DNA from: Lentisphaerota bacterium
GTDB taxonomy: Bacteria; Verrucomicrobiota; Kiritimatiellia; UBA8416; VGWI01
Direction of reading: 5' to 3'
Assembly: GCA_016873655.1 (NCBI GenBank)
Contig: VGWI01000005.1
Coordinates: forward strand, 1,455 to 65,454
DNA length: 64,000 bases
The position numbers were made by a program, and so were the translations under genes. A model generated the notes under the pieces. It saw nothing but the letters and a program-made list of their open reading frames with translations. It did not search any database and was not told the DNA's origin. Shown piece by piece: positions 56,857 through 62,652 of this stretch (position 1 is its first letter; each line of letters starts with the position of its first letter).

Positions 56857-58241
56857 TTGTGATGGGCGCCGGGCCCGGCGGCTACCCGGCGGCAATACGG
56901 GCGGCCCAGCTCGGGGCATCCGTGGCGATCGTCGAGCGCGAGAAACTCGGCGGAACATGCCTCAACTGGGGCTGCATCCCGACGAAGACGCTGATCGCGT
57001 CGTCGGAACTCTTCCATGCCGCGCGCCGCGGCGAGGCGCTGGGAATCAAGGCCGGCAAGCTGGAGTATGACTACGCGGCCATGGCGAAACGCAAGGACGA
57101 GGTCGTCGCCACGCTCAACCGCGGAGTGGAACAGCTCCTGAAGGCGAATGGTGTGAAGATATTCGAAGGCACGGCCTCGTTCGACGCGCCGACCCGCGTG
57201 AACATCGCGCCGGCCGGCGAGGGCCGCGACACCCGGATCGAAGGCGGCACGGTCATCATCGCCACCGGTTCGGCATCCGCTGTTCCGGGCTTCCTTCCGA
57301 AACACAGGCGCGTGGTCGAGAGCCGCGCGTTTCTCGACCTCACCGCCCTGCCATCGAGCCTGCTCGTGCTTGGCGGCGGAGTCATCGGCTGCGAGTTCGC
57401 GTGCATGGCGGCACAGCTCGGCGCCGAAGTCACCGTTGTCGAAATGCTCGATGACATCCTCGCGATGCTCGACTCCGACGTGCGCCGCGAACTGAGACGC
57501 CACATGGAGCAGGATCTCGGCATCCGCGTCCTCACCGGCAAACCGCTGGAGAACATAGAGGCGTCTGCTTCCGGCGTTTCAGGCAAGGCCGGCGAAACTG
57601 AACTCAAGGCCGACATGCTTCTTGTTTCGGTCGGCCGCAGGCCGGTCACGGATGGACTGGCGCTTGACCGCGCCGGCCTGTCGGTGAACGAGCGCGGCTT
57701 CATCGCCGTCGACGCCGCCTGCCGCACGCGCAACGCAAGCGTCTTCGCGATCGGCGACGTCACCGCCGGCAGCACGCTCCTCGCCCACGCGGCGACGGCG
57801 CAGGGCGTGACCGCCGCGGAGAACGCGGTGCTGAAGACGCGCAAGCCCGCCGGCAGCCTCGTGCCGTCGTGCATATTCACCTCGCCGGAGATCGGGGCCG
57901 TGGGAATCACCGAACAGCAGGCGCGCGACGCGGGCCGCAAGGTCAGCGTGGGCAAGTTCGGGTTCGCCGGACTCGGCAAGGCGCTGGCCTCGGGCGAACC
58001 AAACGGGTTCGTCAAGCTGATCGCCGATTCCGAAACCGACCAACTGCTCGGAGCGCATGCCGTGGGTCCTCACGCGACGGACCTTATCGGCGAAGCGGCG
58101 CTGGCGATTCACGGCGAATTCACGGCGGAGGAACTCGGGCGCGTGATTCACGCGCACCCGACCTTCGCGGAATCGTGGATGGAAGCCGCACACGCGCTGC
58201 ACGGCGCCTGCATCCATGCCGCGCCAAAACGCAGGAAGTAG
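56838..58241 (+). CDS. lpdA: dihydrolipoyl dehydrogenase (E3)
   Basis: GAGPGGY FAD motif, the redox disulfide GGTCLNWGCIPTK, and the C-terminal HAHPTFAE. Confidence 0.9.
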   Translation: MDKFDVVVMGAGPGGYPAAIRAAQLGASVAIVEREKLGGTCLNWGCIPTKTLIASSELFHAARRGEALGIKAGKLEYDYAAMAKRKDEVVATLNRGVEQLLKANGVKIFEGTASFDAPTRVNIAPAGEGRDTRIEGGTVIIATGSASAVPGFLPKHRRVVESRAFLDLTALPSSLLVLGGGVIGCEFACMAAQLGAEVTVVEMLDDILAMLDSDVRRELRRHMEQDLGIRVLTGKPLENIEASASGVSGKAGETELKADMLLVSVGRRPVTDGLALDRAGLSVNERGFIAVDAACRTRNASVFAIGDVTAGSTLLAHAATAQGVTAAENAVLKTRKPAGSLVPSCIFTSPEIGAVGITEQQARDAGRKVSVGKFGFAGLGKALASGEPNGFVKLIADSETDQLLGAHAVGPHATDLIGEAALAIHGEFTAEELGRVIHAHPTFAESWMEAAHALHGACIHAAPKRRK

Positions 58242-58256
58242 CACAGAACCCAGACG

Positions 58257-58286
58257 GACAAGCCCACCCGCCCCGGTGGGCTTGTC
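58257..58286 (+). terminator. stem-loop after lpdA (12-bp perfect stem, no U-tract)
   Basis: GACAAGCCCACC-cgcccc-GGTGGGCTTGTC begins 15 nt after the lpdA stop. Confidence 0.45.
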
Positions 58287-58524
58287 CCGCCGGACGGAAA
58301 GGTTGGGGTGCGGACTCCGACGCCTGCCCATACCCCCTTCCCTCTGCAGTCCTTGACTGCGGCCGGGACAGCCGGCTCCGCGTCGGGAATGCGGCTGCGA
58401 TCCATCCGCCCGGTTATGCCTTGGCCGTTATTCGCGCCGTAAACGCTTGGCACCGTTCGCAACCTTGGGCTATTGTCCCGCGCGGCAATGCGGCATTGCG
58501 CCCGCATGTTGTTGTTTGACACAC

Positions 58525-58615
58525 GGAGAGGTGACCGAGTGGCCGATGGTGCAGCACTGGAAATGCTGTGTACCCCTAAAGGGTACCGCGGGTTCAAATC
58601 CCGCCCTCTCCGCCA
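58525..58615 (+). tRNA. tRNA-Ser (anticodon GGA)
   Basis: GGAGAGGTGACCGAGTGGCCGATGGTGCAGCACTGGAAATGCTGTGTACCCCTAAAGGGTACCGCGGGTTCAAATCCCGCCCTCTCCGCCA. A class II tRNA with a long variable arm, anticodon loop CTGGAAA, and an encoded CCA. Confidence 0.9.
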
Positions 58616-58622
58616 GCCTTCG
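58570..58622 (+). repeat. direct repeat copy 1 (3' half of tRNA-Ser plus 7 nt)
   Basis: 53 nt. It differs from copy 2 only in the variable-arm loop (CTAA here, GCAA in copy 2). The last 43 nt (AGGGTACC...GCCTTCG) are identical. Confidence 0.85.
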
Positions 58623-58623
58623 C

Positions 58624-58938
58624 ATGAAACAGTCGACACGCGAGTCCGCCTGGTCGGTGTACGTTCTCTACAGCCCAAGCGCCAAGCGCACCTACGTGGG
58701 CTGTGCGCACGATGTGGCGGCGCGTCTCACTCAGCACAATGCCGGTAAGGTGAGCGCCACGCGCCGAGGCGTGCCCTGGCACGCCGTGCATACGGAACAT
58801 GTAGGGGAGTATGTGTTGGCTGTGCGCCGTGAACGGTACTACAAGAGTGCCGCGGGCCGGCGTCGTCTCAGGGCCATCCTCCCGGCGCTCGATGCAAGGC
58901 TAACGTCACGTCCTGCGCCCGCGACGCCAGCGACGTGA
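58624..58938 (+). CDS. GIY-YIG (URI-domain) nuclease family protein
   Basis: 104 aa. WSVYVLYS....RTYVGCAHDVAARLTQHNAG.........PW....E......A..RE...K is the short stand-alone GIY-YIG pattern. It starts 8 nt after the tRNA. Confidence 0.8.
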   Translation: MKQSTRESAWSVYVLYSPSAKRTYVGCAHDVAARLTQHNAGKVSATRRGVPWHAVHTEHVGEYVLAVRRERYYKSAAGRRRLRAILPALDARLTSRPAPATPAT

Positions 58939-58977
58939 GGCAGCGCGGCAGGAAATGCTGCCCGCCCCGCTCCGCGG

Positions 58978-59060
58978 GGCGAGGTCTCGCCTCTGCCCGA
59001 AGGCAGAGGCGGATGTACCCCGCAAGGGTACCGCGGGTTCAAATCCCGCCCTCTCCGCCA
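58978..59060 (+). other. tRNA-Ser-derived tRNA-like element or remnant
   Basis: GGCGAGG can pair 6 of 7 positions with the 3' CCTCTCC. There is no D-arm. A 10-bp hairpin (CGCCTCTGCC-cgaa-GGCAGAGGCG) replaces the anticodon arm. The variable arm, T-arm and CCA are intact. Confidence 0.35.
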
Positions 59061-59067
59061 GCCTTCG
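59015..59067 (+). repeat. direct repeat copy 2 (displaced 3' half of tRNA-Ser, att-like)
   Basis: See copy 1. It lies at the left edge of the accessory island. Confidence 0.85.
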
Positions 59068-59243
59068 ACCTGCGGGCTTCGGCTGGCACGCCATTCGACG
59101 CGCCCGCTGCCGCGGGCTTGCTCATGGCAAGCCATCTTGCGGCGCGGCGAATGCCCTGAGCCTGTCGAAGGGCTGTCTGCATCCCTGTGAAACTGGACGA
59201 CGACGGACCACGGGGCCGGGAACCGGACATGCAAGACGGTGCT

Positions 59244-60158
59244 CTACGAAACGACGAAGCACTCGACCCTGTATTGGGTGCAAAGATCGCGGATGCCCGG
59301 GGAGATCGAGTGTGCAACGAGGAACGCCCGGCCCTGGCCGTGCTTTTGCTCGTGTGTGAGTTCCAGCATGGCTCGGTACTTCAGTGCCTGGAGAACGCCG
59401 GGCAGATCGAGGTCGCCAACACGGAGTTCAATTTCCACGCCGATGATCCGGCCCAGTGAGTCCTCAAGTACGATGTCCGCACGGTCGCCGGTTGGGAACG
59501 AGGATTCGACTTTGACAGTGCGCAGTCCCGCTTCACCCAGCACGGCCGAGGGGTCGGCGGCGACGCGTTCCTTGAGGTGCTTGTGTTCGGGAGATTCGCC
59601 GCCGGTGCCACGGACACGGGGAGAATGCTTCTTTCGCAGGGCCCTCGTCACGAGGTCTGACCGGCCAGCCCGACGCTTGAAGATTGCGACCAGCGTTTCG
59701 TACTCCTCTTTGCTGATCCGCTTCAGGCCTGACTTGCGGTCGCCGAATCCGCGAAGGTTGTAGCTGGGCTTGTAGCCCAGGACGCGGTTGAGTTCTGCGC
59801 GCTGAACGAATCCGTTCGACGAAAGCAGTTCGGTGGCCGCCTGCCAGCACCAGCAGATCTCGGTGCCATCGACGTACCTTGTAACGGTTGTGTCCGGATT
59901 TCGGTGGATTCCCTCAAGGGCGCGAGTGACAGCAACGATGCCTTCTTTGCCCCGCACGGACTTCACCGCATACGTCGAGCCATCAGCCTTCTCTCTCAAC
60001 TCGGTCCGGCCTGAACGGGATTCATAGATGAGCACAGGGTCATCGGCGTGTAGTTGCACGCCAGCCTGCTGTCGCCCGTCGGGCAGCCAGACGCCGGACG
60101 GCTCCCGCTTCGAGTTGTCCGCGCGTGGTGGCCAGTGAGTTGTGATCCAGTAGTTCAT
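59244..60158 (-). CDS. PUA-like (EVE/ASCH-type) domain fused to a NucS/DUF91-like PD-(D/E)xK nuclease domain
   Basis: 304 aa from the ATG at 60158. The N-terminus has NYWITTHWPP...DDPVLIYES...EGIVAV, an EVE-like beta-barrel pattern. The C-terminus has SPEHKHLKERVAADPSAVLG...TGDRADIVLEDSLGRIIGVEIELRVG...GVLQALKYRA, a restriction-endonuclease-like core. The usual Lys position appears to be Arg. Confidence 0.55.
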   Translation of the reverse strand: MNYWITTHWPPRADNSKREPSGVWLPDGRQQAGVQLHADDPVLIYESRSGRTELREKADGSTYAVKSVRGKEGIVAVTRALEGIHRNPDTTVTRYVDGTEICWCWQAATELLSSNGFVQRAELNRVLGYKPSYNLRGFGDRKSGLKRISKEEYETLVAIFKRRAGRSDLVTRALRKKHSPRVRGTGGESPEHKHLKERVAADPSAVLGEAGLRTVKVESSFPTGDRADIVLEDSLGRIIGVEIELRVGDLDLPGVLQALKYRAMLELTHEQKHGQGRAFLVAHSISPGIRDLCTQYRVECFVVS

Positions 60159-60169
60159 GAGGCGGCCGG

Positions 60170-61360
60170 TCAGGTTGCCAGCACGCGGCGCACCTGATTC
60201 TTGCCCAACAGCTGCCAAAGTATCCGATGATCGTCGGCCTCGTGTCGGATGCGGCCGGCGACGATAGCCGGCGAGATGCGTAGCTCAGCGGACAATGCCC
60301 GGATCTGTGCCGCGGTGGAGTGACAGTCCAGGCGGGCGCCCTGCCAGGCCGACTCTGGAATGAGTGCATCGGACGCCAGGCGGTCGGCGTCGCGCTCCAT
60401 GGGTGACGTTCCACCCGCTTCGAGATCGTCGAAGAATGCTTCCGCGCCGCCCTCCAGATGCAGGGCCACGTGGGCCAGTTCGTGCGCCAGTGTGAACCAG
60501 AAATTGTCCAGGCGGTCGTATCTGAGTGTGAGGGCGATCAAGGGGCGCTCATCGGGCATGATCAACGCCGCGCCGTCGAGGTATGTCTTCGGAAGGTGCT
60601 TTTCCGCGAGCAGGTGGATACCACTCTTCGCCAGGTACTCACGGGCCAACATCACGCCGTCCTCGAAATAGCTCAATCGGGCCACCTCACGCATGAAATC
60701 GAGGGTGACGGTTCCGGGGGCATAGGGTGACACCTCTTGCTCGGTCGCCAGATGCATGACGCGTATTTTCCAAGCGCAGAGCGCGTAAGGATCCATCTCC
60801 TTGCCGTCTCTAACATGCTGCCGGGCGCACATGGGTAGCGCCACGTCTTCCTCAAAGGGCTCGGAGAACCTGCGCATGATATCTTCCGCATGTTCACGTA
60901 CGCACTGCGCAGAGCCCGGAAACTCGATCCAGCCCCGCTTACGCATTTCCACGACAGGGAAACGACCCCACTCGATATCGATGGCGGTATCCGGCAACGC
61001 AGCGTCATCCTCTCCGAGCAGAGATGAGGCTGGGATGCCCAGTCCCTTATGCAGGCGGCGCATCATGGACAGACTCAGCGCCCGCTTGCCGGAGAGAACT
61101 TCGGACACCCGGCTGGCAGTGCCAAGGTAGGGAACCAGATCCTTCTGCTTCAGGCCGGACTGCTCCATACGGAACTTGATCGCCTCGATGGGGTCCGGAA
61201 GCGGAATCGGATGGACCTTGTCCTCGTAGAGCTGAATCAGCGTCGCCCACACATCTAGTTCCGCCTCCTCCGGGGAGCCCGGCTCGGCATCCATGAGCTG
61301 CTCGACGTAGGCCAGAGCCGTGTCGTATTGCTCCTCGTTCTTGATGACAAAAGGCTTCAT
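60170..61360 (-). CDS. HigA-like HTH antitoxin fused to an ImmA/IrrE (DUF955) zinc metallopeptidase
   Basis: The N-terminus has NEEQYDTALAYVEQL...GTASRVSEVLSGKRALSLSMMRRLHKGLGIP, which is HigA/XRE-like. The C-terminus has FTLAHELAHVALH (HEXXH) ...ERDADRLASDALIP. The ATG at 61360 follows GGGAGGGG. Confidence 0.8.
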   Translation of the reverse strand: MKPFVIKNEEQYDTALAYVEQLMDAEPGSPEEAELDVWATLIQLYEDKVHPIPLPDPIEAIKFRMEQSGLKQKDLVPYLGTASRVSEVLSGKRALSLSMMRRLHKGLGIPASSLLGEDDAALPDTAIDIEWGRFPVVEMRKRGWIEFPGSAQCVREHAEDIMRRFSEPFEEDVALPMCARQHVRDGKEMDPYALCAWKIRVMHLATEQEVSPYAPGTVTLDFMREVARLSYFEDGVMLAREYLAKSGIHLLAEKHLPKTYLDGAALIMPDERPLIALTLRYDRLDNFWFTLAHELAHVALHLEGGAEAFFDDLEAGGTSPMERDADRLASDALIPESAWQGARLDCHSTAAQIRALSAELRISPAIVAGRIRHEADDHRILWQLLGKNQVRRVLAT

Positions 61361-61383
61361 CGCTTGACCCCTCCCGCAGGCGA

Positions 61384-61677
61384 TCACACCGTCGTTACGT
61401 CGATTCTGTCATACTCGGCATGTGTGCCGATGAACCGGACGTACATCACCCCGGTATTGTAGTGCACCTTGACCACCAACCGGTGCTTGTTGCCACAGAT
61501 GTTGAAGACCACCCGATTCCCCGCCACGATGCTCGCGTTCCCGTACTGCGCCTTGATCTCGGCCGGTGTTAGCCACGCCGCATGCTCCGCCTCCGCGTAC
61601 CACGCCAAGAGCGCCTGTTTGGCATCCGGATTGCGCTCCCAGAATTCGCGAAGCGTCTTCTTCTTGATTACCCGCAT
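61384..61677 (-). CDS. higB: HigB-family (RelE-fold) mRNA interferase toxin
   Basis: 97 aa. NRVVFNICGNKHRLVVKVHYNTGVMYVRFIGTHAEYDRID closely parallels the E. coli HigB pattern (VFNVGGNELRVV....YIREVMTHKEYD). Confidence 0.85.
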   Translation of the reverse strand: MRVIKKKTLREFWERNPDAKQALLAWYAEAEHAAWLTPAEIKAQYGNASIVAGNRVVFNICGNKHRLVVKVHYNTGVMYVRFIGTHAEYDRIDVTTV

Positions 61678-61680
61678 GAG

Positions 61681-61727
61681 AATATTCCCATATCACGCGC
61701 CACCATGCAACAGCTATTTCCCAATAT
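61681..61727 (-). promoter_or_regulatory. pair of AT-rich TTCCCA(A)TAT boxes upstream of higB (candidate operator/promoter)
   Basis: AATATTCCCATAT (61681-61693) and TATTTCCCAATAT (61715-61727), within 50 nt upstream of the higB start in otherwise GC-rich DNA. Confidence 0.3.
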
Positions 61728-61860
61728 GGTAACTGCGTGCTTGCCCCCCGCTACGCATGCTGCCGGCTTCTGCTTCTTGCCGGTCGGCGGTCATCGGACC
61801 GCCGGCCCGCTTGAGCAGATCCTTGGCGGCTGCTTTGAATGACATCAGTTTTGTGGTCAT
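61714..61860 (-). CDS. 48-aa hypothetical ORF translationally coupled to the EVE gene
   Basis: The ATG overlaps the EVE stop (ATGA), and the GGAGGAAG inside the EVE 3' end serves as a Shine-Dalgarno. Sequence: MTTKLMSFKAAAKDLLKRAGGPMTADRQEAEAGSMRSGGQARSYHIGK. No family recognised. Confidence 0.3.
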   Translation of the reverse strand: MTTKLMSFKAAAKDLLKRAGGPMTADRQEAEAGSMRSGGQARSYHIGK

Positions 61861-62288
61861 GGGGCTTCCTCCGAGAGGGCCAGGACCGCATCGAACTCGG
61901 CGGGTGCGACGGGCATCACGGCGAGACGGGGGCGATGAACAAGGGGAAAAGTGGCGAGTGCGGGTGCAGTCTTGATCTTGGCCAGGGGCACAGGCCGTGC
62001 AAGCGTCTTGACCGGACGGAAATCGCAGGTCAGCCAACGCGGGTCCGAACTGGTCGGATCGGGACGGGCGCTTCCGCTAACTTCAAGAACGCCCACGACT
62101 GCCATTTCGCGTTGGCTGTGGTAGTAGAGAACGCGATCGCCGGGACGCATGGCGGCAAGATTGTTTCGCGCCTCTGGATTTCGGACCCCGCGCATAGCGA
62201 AGGAGCCGCGCCGGACAATCTCGGCCCAGGAGGTCCGGAAGGGCGCGAATTTGATCAGCCAGAAGGCCTTTTTTTCAGGTGTTGACAT
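61857..62288 (-). CDS. stand-alone EVE-domain protein (PUA-like modified-base reader fold)
   Basis: 143 aa. FWLIKFAP......W........GVRNPEARNNLAAMRPGDRVLYYHS....AVVGVLEV......DPT.......W...D..PV......PV.LA.IK....L..FPLV...RLAVMPV matches the canonical EVE pattern. Confidence 0.85.
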   Translation of the reverse strand: MSTPEKKAFWLIKFAPFRTSWAEIVRRGSFAMRGVRNPEARNNLAAMRPGDRVLYYHSQREMAVVGVLEVSGSARPDPTSSDPRWLTCDFRPVKTLARPVPLAKIKTAPALATFPLVHRPRLAVMPVAPAEFDAVLALSEEAP

Positions 62289-62346
62289 CTTTTCCGGGAT
62301 TTCGTTTCATATTGCCAGACACAGCCACCACGTGTGGAAGAGTGTT

Positions 62347-62652
62347 TTAGGGCGCGTTCGAAAGAGCGCGCCTCGTTTTTTGTGCCTCCGCGTACCGACG
62401 GTGCCACTTGGCTATATTGGGGCCTGTTGGGTATGCAGTCTTCAGAAGGAACCCGCTGCGTGCTAACGCTTTAACAATGACCACATAGCGCACGCCCGGG
62501 TGCCAGACATTCCAGTAGCGACTCGATTGTCGCGGCTCCCACCAGACTTTCAACGTCGACCAATTGGTGATCACTGGCCGAATCCATGGAATGCGCGTCA
62601 ATCGATCCACAGTCGGATTCGCACGGGCAGTCTCTGGTTGCCCTTGTGTCAC
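62347..62652 (-). CDS. hypothetical Trp-rich 101-aa ORF
   Basis: The GTG start overlaps the stop of the truncated SNF2 ORF (GTGA). There are 8 Trp in 101 aa (..IPWIRPVITNWSTLKVWWEPRQSSRYWNVWHPG..). No family recognised, and coding status is uncertain. Confidence 0.35.
   Translation of the reverse strand: MTQGQPETARANPTVDRLTRIPWIRPVITNWSTLKVWWEPRQSSRYWNVWHPGVRYVVIVKALARSGFLLKTAYPTGPNIAKWHRRYAEAQKTRRALSNAP
62350..62381 (+). terminator. plus-strand intrinsic terminator with no plus-strand gene upstream
   Basis: GGGCGCGTTC-GAAA-GAGCGCGCCT forms a 10-bp stem including G-U pairs, with a GNRA tetraloop. It is followed by CG and TTTTTT. Confidence 0.5.

Noticed and set aside
58448-58462. TGGCAC-N5-GCAA upstream of tRNA-Ser, which resembles a sigma-54 -24/-12 element.
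   Set aside because: The -12 element reads GCAA rather than TTGC in either orientation. tRNA genes are also not expected sigma-54 targets.
59068-59243. The spacer between the att-like repeat and the nuclease gene, which contains a small hairpin (GCTTGC-tcatg-GCAAGC).
   Set aside because: It is too short and unremarkable to call as a terminator or RNA gene. No U-tract and no ORF.
62149-62466. 105-aa plus-strand ORF across the EVE gene start and the spacer.
   Set aside because: It is mostly antisense to the EVE gene and has no motifs. The plus-strand signal here is better explained by the possible short non-coding transcript ending at the terminator.
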